The notes beneath the pieces are model-generated. The model searched no databases. It saw only the letters and a list, made by a program, of their open reading frames with translations, and was not told where the DNA came from. From Clostridia bacterium (GTDB taxonomy: Bacteria > Bacillota > SHA-98 > UBA4971): a stretch of DNA of 64,000 nt. Each line of letters starts with the position of its first letter. Position 1 is the stretch's first letter. The position numbers were made by a program, and so were the translations under genes. Below, piece after piece: positions 19,388 to 32,724 of the stretch. The stretch is taken from NCBI GenBank assembly GCA_050261175.1, contig JBLNDA010000059.1, positions 6,195 through 70,194 on the forward strand, written 5' to 3'.

Positions 19388-21901
19388 GTGGCGAAGCGTC
19401 TCGAACTCATCGGTTCTGCACGGACATGCCGAATTGATGCGTGCGGCGCCATCGTGGAAACAGATAGCGCGCGCGTGGAGGTACGGCTCATCGCGAGTGA
19501 TCTCGTGCGAGTGGAAATGGACCCGGTAAGTCCCCAGCGGGCGGGCGCCGGCGCCGAGGCGACCCGCCCGCGGAGATCATACGCTGCTACAAAGCTCTCC
19601 TGGCCCCAGGTGGCGGCGACAATAGAGGATCGCCCCGAAGCCGTATGGCTGCGGACCGACGCGGTCCTGGTGAGAGTTGCGAAGACACCTGTCCGTATCG
19701 ATTTCCTGAGACCGGACGGCACGCCCATCTGCATGGAGAGCCCTAGGTACGGGATGGGATGGCGCGGCACAGGCGCCGGATGCACCAAGATCCTGGACGC
19801 GGCGGACCATTTCTACGGGTTCGGCGAGCGCACCGGGTTCCTCGACAAACGCGGCTCCGCCATGACGCTCTGGAACACCGACGCGAACCCGCACACGCCC
19901 TCCACCGACTCGATGTACGTCTCCATCCCATTTTTCATGAGGATCTCGCGGCAAGGCACCTACGGTGTGTTCCTCGACAGCGCCGCTCGGTGCTTCTTCG
20001 ACATGGGCAAATCCTCGCGTGACGAGTACCTGTTTGCCACGGACGAGAAGACGTTCTGCTTTTACTTCTTCGCCGGGCCGGACGCGAAAGGTGTCTTGAG
20101 ACGGTACACCGAGCTGACTGGCCGTATGAGCCTGCCACCCCTGTGGGCGCTCGGGTACCACCAGTCCCGCTTCAGCTATCACGCTCAGCAGCAGGTTGAG
20201 GAGGTCGCTTCCTGTTTCCGAAGAAGCGGCATCCCCTGCGACGCCATATACCTCGACATCCACTATATGCACGGCTTTCGCGTCTTCACCTTCGATCCGG
20301 AAGAATTCAAGGACGCGCCGGAGCTCATGAAGCGACTCGCCGCTATGGGATTCAAGGTCGTCGCCATAGTCGACCCCGGGGTCAAGGTGGACCCCGACTA
20401 CAAGGTGTACCGGGAAGGTGTGAGCAGGGATTGCTTCGTGAAGCTGCCGGGCGGGAAGGTATTCGTAGCGAGCGTGTGGCCGGGGCCCGTGTCCTTCCCT
20501 GACTTCACCCGCGAGGACGTGCGGACGTGGTGGGCGGTGCAGCACAGGGCGCTCTTCGATGCGGGGGTGCGCGGCATATGGAACGACATGAACGAACCCT
20601 CGTGCTTCGATACTCCGACGAAGACCATGCCTGGGCAAGCGCTGCACGGGGAGCCTGGCGAGGAGGTGCCGCATGCGCAGGTCCACAACGCGTACGCCAA
20701 CTTCATGAGCGAAGCGACTTCTCAGGCATTCCGAGAGCTCTTGCCGGGCGTGCGCCCGTTCGTGATCAGCAGGGCCGGGCACGCCGGGATACAACGCCAC
20801 GCGTGCATCTGGACGGGAGACAACTCGAGCTGGTGGGAGCACCTGATGATGGCGGTGCCCATGTGTCTGAACCTGGGGATGTCCGGTGTGTCGTTCGTGG
20901 GGACCGACGTCGGGGGCTTCTCCGGTGACAGCGATCCCGAGCTTGTGGCAAGATGGACCCAGCTCGGGACGTTCACGCCTTTCTTCCGCAATCACAGCTC
21001 GCTCGGAAGCCGCCCACAGGAACCATACTCGCTGGGTGAGCCGTATACGTCCATATGCCGGGACCACATAAGGCTCAGGTACAGGCTCCTGCCCTACATC
21101 TACACGCTCATGCGCGAGTCGACCCAAGAGGGTATCCCTGCCATGCGCGCCATGGTGTTGGAGTTCCCCGAAGACGACAAGGCCCGCGCCGCCTTCGACC
21201 AGTTCATGCTGGGGCGGGACATCCTCGTCGCCCCCGTGTACCATCCCGGGTCTTCGTGCCGCAAGGTGTACCTGCCTCAAGGTGAATGGGTGGACTTTCA
21301 CACAGGCGAGAAGGTGCGCGGCGGACGGTGCGTCATCGCCGACGCGCCCCTCGAGCGAATCCCCCTCTTCTACCGGGAGGGAGCGATCGTCCCTTATGGC
21401 AGAGAGATGAACTTCGTCGGAGAGGTCCCCCAGGCGCTGGAGCTCGTCGACGTGTACCCCTCGGTCCGCGTTCCGGAGCGCGCGTTCGAGATGTACGTGG
21501 ACGACGGGGAAACCACGGACTACATGTCCGGGGCGTTCGGGTTCGTGGAGATCAGATACGAGCTGACGATGGCGGAGGAAGGACTCCCAGGCCGCCCTGG
21601 CGGGGCGGGACGGGGCTCCGGCAGGGTGTTGCGCGTCGCTGTGAACGCCTGTGACGAGCGTTACCCGTGTACGCTTCCCCTCGGCGTGATCAGGCTTTGG
21701 GGATGCGACACTCCCCCTTCGCACGTCATCCTTGATGCTGAGGCGCTGCCCGAAGCTCGGAACATGTCGGAAGTACTCGGGGGAAAGCGTGGGTACTTCA
21801 CGGATGCGGCCAGACACCACCTGTACGTCGGCGTGCACGGAATCGCCGACGACATGCAACTTAAGGCGGTGTGGCCGGAGGTCCTCCGCGGCGAAGGGTG
21901 A
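19388..21901 (+). CDS. Glycoside hydrolase family 31 (alpha-glucosidase)
   Basis: GIWNDMNEP nucleophile, WTGDN acid/base, DVGGF, FFRNH. Confidence 0.92.
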   Translation: MAKRLELIGSARTCRIDACGAIVETDSARVEVRLIASDLVRVEMDPVSPQRAGAGAEATRPRRSYAATKLSWPQVAATIEDRPEAVWLRTDAVLVRVAKTPVRIDFLRPDGTPICMESPRYGMGWRGTGAGCTKILDAADHFYGFGERTGFLDKRGSAMTLWNTDANPHTPSTDSMYVSIPFFMRISRQGTYGVFLDSAARCFFDMGKSSRDEYLFATDEKTFCFYFFAGPDAKGVLRRYTELTGRMSLPPLWALGYHQSRFSYHAQQQVEEVASCFRRSGIPCDAIYLDIHYMHGFRVFTFDPEEFKDAPELMKRLAAMGFKVVAIVDPGVKVDPDYKVYREGVSRDCFVKLPGGKVFVASVWPGPVSFPDFTREDVRTWWAVQHRALFDAGVRGIWNDMNEPSCFDTPTKTMPGQALHGEPGEEVPHAQVHNAYANFMSEATSQAFRELLPGVRPFVISRAGHAGIQRHACIWTGDNSSWWEHLMMAVPMCLNLGMSGVSFVGTDVGGFSGDSDPELVARWTQLGTFTPFFRNHSSLGSRPQEPYSLGEPYTSICRDHIRLRYRLLPYIYTLMRESTQEGIPAMRAMVLEFPEDDKARAAFDQFMLGRDILVAPVYHPGSSCRKVYLPQGEWVDFHTGEKVRGGRCVIADAPLERIPLFYREGAIVPYGREMNFVGEVPQALELVDVYPSVRVPERAFEMYVDDGETTDYMSGAFGFVEIRYELTMAEEGLPGRPGGAGRGSGRVLRVAVNACDERYPCTLPLGVIRLWGCDTPPSHVILDAEALPEARNMSEVLGGKRGYFTDAARHHLYVGVHGIADDMQLKAVWPEVLRGEG

Positions 21902-22118
21902 GGCCGGCGACGCCGCGGGCGTGCGCCGCGGCACGGCTTTGGCTCACCCGAAACCGGCGAATGGAGAAGCCGGGGAGCGCGAACACCCGTCGCAGATCTC
22001 CCCGGTTCTTCGGTGCAAGCCTTTGCGCCCTTCATGCGGGCGCCCCATTCGCGGTCTCTCGCGGTCCCTCATCCAGTCCCTCGTCCCGCGCCGCCATCTC
22101 ATCCATTGACCGGGCGGT

Positions 22119-22244
22119 TCACGCGTTCATCGGAAAGAGGAAGAATATGAAGAAAAATGGAATGATGATGATAGCAATGATGATGAGGATCCACCACCAG
22201 CTGCCGCCGAACCAACCGGACTTGGGCTTGGTGATCTCTGCCAT
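22119..22244 (-). CDS. Small hydrophobic membrane peptide, 41 aa (MAEITKPKSGWFGGSWWWILIIIAIIIIPFFFIFFLFPMNA)
   Basis: SD GAAGGGGGTGG; single TM helix; below the ORF-track cutoff; CATATGAT -10 element upstream. Confidence 0.75.
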   Translation of the reverse strand: MAEITKPKSGWFGGSWWWILIIIAIIIIPFFFIFFLFPMNA

Positions 22245-22370
22245 ATTGCCACCCCCTTCGGCCTGCCTTCACCGGCGCATCGTGGTCCGCGGATACTCCC
22301 GCAGCCACGATATCATATGTCCAACCTCTGAGGGATGACACTCTATGGGGGAACAACGCCGTCAAACCAT

Positions 22371-22723
22371 TGGTGGAGGCGGCGGGAGTCGAACCCGCAT
22401 CCGAAGAGGCGACTCGAGGAGCTTCTACGAGCGTAGCGTGGGATTTGCGTTCGCCTCCGGGGCGCTCCCGCGCCGGCTCCCCGCGAGGCTATCTCGATGA
22501 TCTTAGCTCACCCCTCCGAGAATTGGGGCAAGAGCGTCCTGGTTTAGATGACGCCCGCACCGGTCTCCCAGGCCAAGCCCGGATTGGACGGCTGCGTTAA
22601 TTACGCAGCGTAAGCGTACTCGTTGTTGGCACTTATCGTGCGTTCCACCGTTTAGCGAGGTGGGCGGGATCTCGGCTCGCTACCCCTGTCGTCACAGCTC
22701 CCCGTCGAAACCGTAACGCCCCC
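22371..22723 (-). ncRNA. ssrA: tmRNA; tag peptide ANNEYAYAA
   Basis: 5' GGGGGCGUUACGGUUUCGAC; 3' T-arm GGUUCGACUCCC..CCUCCACCA; tag reading frame GCC AAC AAC GAG UAC GCU UAC GCU GCG UAA; adjacent to smpB. Confidence 0.97.
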
Positions 22724-22811
22724 ACAAACTTCAAGACCCGTGCTTCAGGATTTTCCAGAGGGTTTTCGAGTTGCCGGTCCGCCGGCGGCTTGCGCCTCCG
22801 TCGCGTCCCCG

Positions 22812-23276
22812 TCACACTCTCTCCACTCTTTCCTTTATGGCGCGGTCCGCCTCTCGCGCGAGATCTCGCTTCGCGACGGCCTCACGCTTGTCATAGAGCT
22901 TCTTGCCTTTCGCGAGGGCCAGCTCAACCTTGGCGAGGCCCCTTCTCAAGTAAACCTTGAGCGGCACGAGCGTGAAGCCGCGCTCTTGAGTCTTGCCCTG
23001 GAGCCTCCGGATCTCCTCCTTGTGAAGGAGAAGCCTTCGCGTGCGGAGGGGCTCATGGTTGAACCTGTTCCCGTGCTCATACGGGCTTATGTTCATGTTA
23101 TAGAGCAGGACCTCGCCGTCCTCCACCCTCGCGAAGCTATCGCGAAGGCTCACCATTCCCCGCCTCACCGATTGGATCTCGGTACCGGTGAGGGCTATCC
23201 CAGCCTCGTACGTCTCATGTATATGATAGTCGTGATACGCCTTGCGATTCGTGGCGACGATCTTCTGCTCTGACAA
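22812..23276 (-). CDS. smpB: SsrA-binding protein
   Basis: [26 protein letters not shown]. Confidence 0.98.
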   Translation of the reverse strand: MSEQKIVATNRKAYHDYHIHETYEAGIALTGTEIQSVRRGMVSLRDSFARVEDGEVLLYNMNISPYEHGNRFNHEPLRTRRLLLHKEEIRRLQGKTQERGFTLVPLKVYLRRGLAKVELALAKGKKLYDKREAVAKRDLAREADRAIKERVERV

Positions 23277-23296
23277 AGCCCCTCACCTGCACGCCA

Positions 23297-23325
23297 ATTA
23301 TACCATGGCGGCAGGTGCCATTCAA
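23297..23325 (-). promoter_or_regulatory. sigA promoter of smpB-ssrA
   Basis: TTGAAT-N17-TATAAT with extended TG. Confidence 0.7.
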
Positions 23326-23355
23326 GCGACACCGGAGGGAGGACGCCATGCACGG

Positions 23356-23910
23356 CTACAGCCCGAGTTCCTCCGCGATTCCCTGCATGGCCGCAAGGCC
23401 TATGCCGACGAATTCTTCGAGCGACAGCCCAAGCTCGGAACAGCTTCTGATCTGGTCCCTATTCGCCCCGCGCGCGAACGACGACTCTTTGAACCTGTTC
23501 ATCACAAAGCCCACGTCGATGGCTGAGAGCTTCTTCTCCGGATGAATGAGCGCGGCCGCGACCAGAAGCCCAGTGAGAGGATCAACGGCGTAGAGGGCTT
23601 TATCCAGGCGGGTCTCGCGAGGAAGCCCGTGGGCTTCGTTGTGCGCCTTGACAGCGCCCACCACGTCATCGGGCAGACCCAGTTTCTCGAGCATCTCGCC
23701 GCCTACGAGGCTGTGCCGGTCGGGGTCGTGCGCCGTCTCGTCGTAGTCGATGTCGTGAAGGAGGCCTGCCAGCGCCCATTTCCCCTCGTCTTCTCCAAAT
23801 CGCTCAGCCAGGGCCTTCATGACGGCCTCTGTCGCGAGCATGTGCTTGATGAGGTTCCTGGTCTTGACGTGCTTCTTCACAAGTTCCAGCGCCTCTTGTC
23901 TGTCCATCAT
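23356..23910 (-). CDS. HDIG-type HD domain protein
   Basis: [40 protein letters not shown]. Confidence 0.88.
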   Translation of the reverse strand: MMDRQEALELVKKHVKTRNLIKHMLATEAVMKALAERFGEDEGKWALAGLLHDIDYDETAHDPDRHSLVGGEMLEKLGLPDDVVGAVKAHNEAHGLPRETRLDKALYAVDPLTGLLVAAALIHPEKKLSAIDVGFVMNRFKESSFARGANRDQIRSCSELGLSLEEFVGIGLAAMQGIAEELGL

Positions 23911-23975
23911 CCGGCCATCCCTCTCCTTCCTGAGCCGTCCAAAGTGCGGACCGAAGATCCCTCTCGGCCCCGGAG

Positions 23976-24016
23976 TTGCCGAAGAAGTGCATGGAAACCA
24001 TGCACTTCTTCGGCAA
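23976..24016. repeat. Perfect 19-bp inverted repeat with 3-nt loop
   Basis: TTGCCGAAGAAGTGCATGG-AAA-CCATGCACTTCTTCGGCAA. Confidence 0.9.
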
Positions 24017-24159
24017 ACCCACGTCTTGCTACGTGCGGTGGTTCTCGAAAGGCCCGGCGCGCGCCCGCGAAGGTCAAACCCCTCCAAGACCGCGCGGACC
24101 TTCGTGTCCAAGTGTCATATGGCTGGCACACGGGCGCCCATCGACGCCCGGCCGCAGGC

Positions 24160-26202
24160 TCACCTGATCAAGCCCATGAGGGCCGCGTTCAGTTTGATGA
24201 TGAGCGGAGCGAAGACGAGCGCGACCACGGTCATGAGTTTGAGAAGGATATTCATGGCAGGACCCGCGGTGTCTTTGAACGGATCGCCGACGGTGTCACC
24301 TATGACGGCCGCGGCGTGGACGGGTGTCCCCTTGCCGCCGAGGTTCCCTGCCTCGATGTACTTCTTGGCGTTGTCCCATGCGCCTCCGGCGTTGGCAAGC
24401 TGGATGGCCAGCGGCACACCGGTCGCAAGGGACCCCGCGAGAAGCCCGCCGAGCGTGTCGACACCCAGGACTATCCCGACTGCGAGAGGTATCACGACCG
24501 CCAGGAGACCGGGCACCACCATCTCTCGCAGCGCGCCCGCGGTAGTGATGTCAACGCATTTCGCGTATTCCGCGCGCGCCGTGCCCTCCATGAGGCCGGG
24601 AATCTCCTTGAACTGCCTGCGGACCTCCTCGACAACCTTGAACGCAGCACGCCCGACGGCCTCCATGGCACCGGCACCGAAGATGTAGGGAACCATCGCT
24701 CCGATGAACAGGCCCGCCACCACCCTGGCGTTTAGGAGATCCATGATGGAGAGCTTCACCGCCTGGGCGTACGCGAAGAACAACGCAAGCGCGGTCAGAG
24801 CGGCGGAGCCGATAGCAAATCCCTTCGCTATGGCCGCGGTGGTATTGCCTGCGGCGTCCAGCGAATCAGTGATCTTCCGGACCTCGGGCGGCATGTGCGC
24901 CATCTCGGCGATGCCGCCGGCGTTGTCGGATATCGGCCCGTAGGCGTCCACCGACACGGTCATGCCCGCGATAGAGAGCATCCCGAGGGCCGCCACGGCG
25001 ATTCCGTAGAAGCCCGCCGCCCCGAAAGCCACCAGGATGGCAAGGGCCACGAAGAGCAGCGGGAGCACGGTGCTCCTCATGCTGAGCGCGAACCCCCCGA
25101 TGATGTTCGTGGCGGGCCCCGTGAGGCACGTTTTCGCAAGGTCCGCGACTGACTTGCCAGACGTGTACCTCTCCGCCACCTGCCCGATGACGACGCCCGA
25201 AATGAGGCCAAGGAGCGCCGCCCAGAAGACGCTGAGCTCGCCATAATAGAACTTGCTCAGAAGGAACGCGCCGACGACGACAAGCGCCGCGCTGGCGAAG
25301 GTACCCGTTCGAAGCGCTGCGCCCGGATCTCCGCCCGTCTCGCTCGTCCTCACGAAGAACGTCGCGATTATCGAAGCGATGATCCCGACCGCAGCGAGCC
25401 CCAGAGCGAACATGATGCCTTTGAACTTGGCTTCGGGTGTGGGGAAAGTCGCCACTGCTATCACCATGGCCGATACTATGGAGCCGACGTACGACTCATA
25501 AAGGTCCGCACCCATCCCGGCCACGTCTCCGACGTTGTCACCCACGAGGTCGGCGATGACGGCTGGGTTACGGGGGTCATCCTCAGGAATGCCTTTCTCC
25601 ACCTTGCCCACGAGGTCGGCTCCTACGTCAGCGGCCTTCGTGTAAATGCCCCCACCCACCCTGGCGAAAAGCGCTACGAAGCTTGCACCCATACTGAAGC
25701 CCGCGACGAGTTCGGTGGCTGAGAACGGATCCAGCCCTGGGACCCTAGACAATATGTAATACACAAGGGATAGCGCGAACAACCCGATGCCGACCACGTA
25801 CATCCCCATGACAGCTCCCCCGGGGAACGCCACGCGCAAGGCGTTGTTGAAACCCTTCGTGGCTGCCTGGGCGGTCCTGGCATTGGCCCGCGTAGATATC
25901 TGCATTCCCACGAAACCCGCGGAGATCGATGCGCCCGCTCCAAGCACGAATGCCAGAGCGCTGTACGGGCTAATGCCGACGACGAGGATGACGAAGACTA
26001 TCGCAAGGAACACGAACACCACGGTGTACTCTCGCTTCAGAAACGCCATCGCCCCTTCATGGATGGCGCCCGAGAGCTCCCTCATGGTGGCATTGCCAGG
26101 ATCCTTGGCGAGAACACTCGAGATCAGGTAACCGACGAAAGCCAGGCCAAGGGCCCCCGCAAGCGTTGTGTACAGGATGGACGACGTGGCAATAACCGGC
26201 AT
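24160..26202 (-). CDS. hppA: Membrane cation-translocating pyrophosphatase (K+-dependent type)
   Basis: [35 protein letters not shown]; GNTTAA (Ala) marks the K+-dependent class. Confidence 0.95.
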   Translation of the reverse strand: MPVIATSSILYTTLAGALGLAFVGYLISSVLAKDPGNATMRELSGAIHEGAMAFLKREYTVVFVFLAIVFVILVVGISPYSALAFVLGAGASISAGFVGMQISTRANARTAQAATKGFNNALRVAFPGGAVMGMYVVGIGLFALSLVYYILSRVPGLDPFSATELVAGFSMGASFVALFARVGGGIYTKAADVGADLVGKVEKGIPEDDPRNPAVIADLVGDNVGDVAGMGADLYESYVGSIVSAMVIAVATFPTPEAKFKGIMFALGLAAVGIIASIIATFFVRTSETGGDPGAALRTGTFASAALVVVGAFLLSKFYYGELSVFWAALLGLISGVVIGQVAERYTSGKSVADLAKTCLTGPATNIIGGFALSMRSTVLPLLFVALAILVAFGAAGFYGIAVAALGMLSIAGMTVSVDAYGPISDNAGGIAEMAHMPPEVRKITDSLDAAGNTTAAIAKGFAIGSAALTALALFFAYAQAVKLSIMDLLNARVVAGLFIGAMVPYIFGAGAMEAVGRAAFKVVEEVRRQFKEIPGLMEGTARAEYAKCVDITTAGALREMVVPGLLAVVIPLAVGIVLGVDTLGGLLAGSLATGVPLAIQLANAGGAWDNAKKYIEAGNLGGKGTPVHAAAVIGDTVGDPFKDTAGPAMNILLKLMTVVALVFAPLIIKLNAALMGLIR

Positions 26203-26328
26203 TTTCCCCTCACCTCTCGACGGATTCCATCATCTCTGCCGCACCACACATCTCCGCCGCACCGCGCGCACGCGCCTCGCACTTCAAGGACGAAGAGCCC
26301 CGGCCTTCGCACGGCACGGGGCGCGAGC

Positions 26329-26550
26329 CTACCTCACGACAGTGAGCAGCACCGACGATACGAGGAAGATCACCGCCACGACCGTCGTGACTTTGCTCAA
26401 AAGGTCTTCCCAGCCCTTGTTCTTGGCGAAGAACAACTGCCCGCCGCCGCCTATGGATCCGAGCCCCTCGCCCTTGCTGGACTGCAGAAGCACGACGACG
26501 ATGAGAGCGATGGATACGACGAACTGGAACACTATGAGCGCCGTTCGCAA
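26329..26550 (-). CDS. secG: Preprotein translocase subunit SecG
   Basis: VLLQSSKGEGLGSIGGG, two TM helices; TTG start with SD GGAGG; follows eno. Confidence 0.92.
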   Translation of the reverse strand: MRTALIVFQFVVSIALIVVVLLQSSKGEGLGSIGGGGQLFFAKNKGWEDLLSKVTTVVAVIFLVSSVLLTVVR

Positions 26551-26658
26551 AGCTTGCCACCTCCCATGCCGCTGCCCTACGAAATGCTCCAAACCAGGTT
26601 CCTCTAAGTGAGGGTGCGTTTCTCACCTGGCACTCTCACCCGGCGAGAACCAGAACCC

Positions 26659-26687
26659 ATTTTAGCACACCGCCCGGGAGGTGGCAA
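26659..26687 (-). promoter_or_regulatory. sigA promoter of secG-hppA
   Basis: TTGCCA-N17-TAAAAT with extended TG. Confidence 0.65.
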
Positions 26688-26847
26688 GCGCTCGCCCAAC
26701 CGCCCAACCGCCCAGCCGCTAAACGGCCCGGCCACTCGACCGCCGGGCCTCCTCGCGCCCGCCGCGGCCGTCGGTTCGGGCGCCTCTCCTACCACTCGCG
26801 CCGTGGTCTCGTCAGATCACGCGTCCGTCCGCCCGCCGGCGCGCTGG

Positions 26848-28155
<1,308 letters not shown>

Positions 28156-28175
28156 TCATGTAGCTTGTCCCTGAA

Positions 28176-28928
28176 TCACCTGGACTTAACGATGGCCGCG
28201 AAACTCGCCGCGTCGAGGCTCGCACCACCCACGAGGGCGCCGTCTATGTCCGGCTGCCCGAGGAAGTCAGCGACGTTCTGGGGCTTCACGCTGCCGCCGT
28301 ACTGAATGCGAACCTCTTGCGCGATCCTCTCATTGAACACCTCGGCCACCGACTGCCTGATTAGGTGGATCACCCTGTTCGCCTCGTCCGCCGAGGCGTT
28401 GCGGCCCGTTCCGATGGCCCAAACAGGCTCGTAAGCGATGACGATTCTCTCGGCTCCGTTCGTCTTCACGCCGCTCAAGGCGGCTTTCGTCTGCCGGACG
28501 ACCACCTCTTCGGTTTTGCCGGCGTCGCGCTCCTCAAGGGTCTCGCCCACGCAGATTATGGGGAGCAGGCCGTTCGCCATGGCTGACTTGACTTTCCTGT
28601 TCACGGTCTCGTCCGTCTCGCCAAAGTAGGTCCTGCGCTCGGAATGGCCCAGGATCACATACATGCACCCGAGGCTCCGCAGCATGAGAGGGGATATCTC
28701 GCCTGTGTACGCCCCTTCCTCTTCCCAGTGCATGTTCTGCGCCCCGAGCTCGATGTTGCTGCCGCGGAGCGCCTCTCGCACCGCGTCGAGGGCCGTGAAA
28801 GGAGGACACACCACGACCTCCACGTCTCCCGCGTCGGCAAGCGTCTCCTTGAGATCGCCGACGAGGTCGACCGCCTCATCGCGGGTCTTGTTCATCTTCC
28901 AGTTACCTGCGATTATCCGTCGCCGCAA
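28176..28928 (-). CDS. tpiA: Triosephosphate isomerase
   Basis: AGNWK, GHSERR, AYEPVWAIGTG, YGGSV; TTG start after GGAGGTG. Confidence 0.97.
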   Translation of the reverse strand: MRRRIIAGNWKMNKTRDEAVDLVGDLKETLADAGDVEVVVCPPFTALDAVREALRGSNIELGAQNMHWEEEGAYTGEISPLMLRSLGCMYVILGHSERRTYFGETDETVNRKVKSAMANGLLPIICVGETLEERDAGKTEEVVVRQTKAALSGVKTNGAERIVIAYEPVWAIGTGRNASADEANRVIHLIRQSVAEVFNERIAQEVRIQYGGSVKPQNVADFLGQPDIDGALVGGASLDAASFAAIVKSR

Positions 28929-29073
28929 ACCTTTCACCTCCGCATTCCCATGTGCCCGTTCCGGCCCGCAAGGACGCCCCGCGGATCCCGTATTCCCGGC
29001 CGGTGTTCGGCAGGCCGGCGTTCCGCGTCGGGCATCCCGCCGGCTCACAGACCCCACCCGCCTGCCCTTGCGT

Positions 29074-30261
29074 TCATGCCTTGTCCTTGAGCACCGCCAC
29101 GCCGGGCAACTCCTTGCCCTCGAGGAACTCCAGCGACGCGCCGCCACCCGTGGAGACGTGGGTCACCTTGTCGGCGAAGCCCATCTCTTCGAGGGCAGCC
29201 GCGGAGTCTCCGCCCCCGACTATCGTGACGGCCTTCGACTCGGCGAGGGCTTTCGCGACGCCTCGCGTGCCCTCGGCAAACGGCTTCATCTCGAACACGC
29301 CCATAGGGCCGTTCCACACCACCGTCCTCGCGCCCGCGATCTCCCTGCCGAACTTCGCCACAGTCTCAGGCCCGATGTCAAGCGCCTGCCAGTCCTGTGG
29401 GATCCGGTCCACCGGCACGACCCGGGTCTTCGCGTCCTCGGCGAAGCGGTCGGCGACGACCACGTCGGACGGGAGCATGAACCTCACGCCCCTCGCCTTG
29501 GCTTTCTCCATGAGTTCCTTCGCAAGATCGATCTTGTCGGCTTCCAGAATGGACTGGCCCACCTCGAGGCCCTGGGCCTTGAGGAACGTGTACGCCATTC
29601 CCCCGCCGATCATGAGCGTGTCCACCTTGTCAAGGAGATTGCGCACAACGCCCACCTTGTCCTTGACCTTGGCTCCCCCCAGGATGGCCACGAACGGCCT
29701 TTCAGGGTCGGCGAGAGCCTTCCCCATGACATCGATCTCCTTCTCCATGAGGAAACCCGCGACGGCCGGCAGGAACCTCGCCACACCCGCAGTGGACGCG
29801 TGGGCGCGGTGGGCGGTTCCGAAAGCGTCGTTCACGTAGAGGTCGGCGAGACCGGCGAGAGCTCTCGAGAACCCCTCGTCATTGGCCTCCTCTTCCGCGT
29901 GAAACCTGAGATTCTCTAGGAGCACCACATCCCCGCCGTTCATCGCGGCCACGGAGGCCTCGACCTTGTCGCCCACACACTCATCCAGCTTGCGCACGGG
30001 CTTTCCGAGGAGTTCCGAAAGCCTCCTCGCCACGGGGTCCATCCTGAACTCATCCGCGGGCTTGCCTTTAGGACGCCCGAGGTGGGAGGCAAGGATCACC
30101 TTCGCCCCACGATCGATGAGGTACTTTATAGTCGGGAGAGCCGCCTTGATACGGGTGTCGTCCGTGATCTCGCGGTTCGCGTCCATCGGGACGTTGAAGT
30201 CCACCCTGACGAGCACCCGCTTTCCACTTACATCGACATCTCTAATGGTAGCCTTCGCCAC
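29074..30261 (-). CDS. pgk: Phosphoglycerate kinase
   Basis: [33 protein letters not shown]. Confidence 0.98.
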   Translation of the reverse strand: MAKATIRDVDVSGKRVLVRVDFNVPMDANREITDDTRIKAALPTIKYLIDRGAKVILASHLGRPKGKPADEFRMDPVARRLSELLGKPVRKLDECVGDKVEASVAAMNGGDVVLLENLRFHAEEEANDEGFSRALAGLADLYVNDAFGTAHRAHASTAGVARFLPAVAGFLMEKEIDVMGKALADPERPFVAILGGAKVKDKVGVVRNLLDKVDTLMIGGGMAYTFLKAQGLEVGQSILEADKIDLAKELMEKAKARGVRFMLPSDVVVADRFAEDAKTRVVPVDRIPQDWQALDIGPETVAKFGREIAGARTVVWNGPMGVFEMKPFAEGTRGVAKALAESKAVTIVGGGDSAAALEEMGFADKVTHVSTGGGASLEFLEGKELPGVAVLKDKA

Positions 30262-30395
30262 GCTCCGTCACCTCTTCCCGGTTTCCGGGGCCACCTCGGC
30301 GAGAGGCCACGTCAGCCGGCATGGCCGGCTGACGCGGCCCGCTCGTTCGGCGTTCCGGTTTGGTACTGGCGGCTTGGTTCAGCAGCGCCTCGATT

Positions 30396-32461
<2,066 letters not shown>

Positions 32462-32599
32462 GTCGCGCGTCTCGGTCTCTCTCTCCTCGCCGCCTTCGCC
32501 GGTGACTTACCGCGCCGGCTGGGCTGCTTGTATGTTCTTGGCTCGCGCAGCGTCCCAAGGCCCGCAATCCGCCCATGGCAGTCTATGGTAGGACACTGG

Positions 32600-32635
32600 G
32601 ACGGCACACGTCCCGGCGGAGGCACTAATGTCCCA
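32600..32635 (-). promoter_or_regulatory. CggR operator (direct repeat)
   Basis: TGGGAC-N6-GCCT-N4-CGGGAC-N6-CGTC vs B. subtilis CGGGACN6TGTCN4CGGGACN6TGTC; same 20-nt period. Confidence 0.8.
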
Positions 32636-32673
32636 CCAGGGCCAAAATAAAAACTCCCATGATCTCCTATAGT

Positions 32674-32702
32674 TTATTCTCTGCGCGGCGGAAAAATCCT
32701 TC
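32674..32702 (-). promoter_or_regulatory. Putative sigH promoter of the cggR-gap operon
   Basis: GAAGGATTT-N11-AGAGAATAA. Confidence 0.55.
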
Positions 32703-32724
32703 TCCCCGGCACGTCCTATCTCTC

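Noticed and set aside
19577-21934. 785-aa antisense ORF (also 58369-60234, 49535-51181, 26608-28011 and many similar)
   Set aside because: Shadow frames of well-supported genes in high-GC DNA; no motifs or SD
22099-22365. 88-aa His-rich ORF from the track
   Set aside because: Alternative frame of the 41-aa membrane peptide; the His run comes from Ile codon repeats
22340-22400. Genomic island integrated at the tmRNA 3' end
   Set aside because: No integrase and no duplicated tmRNA 3' fragment noticed in the window
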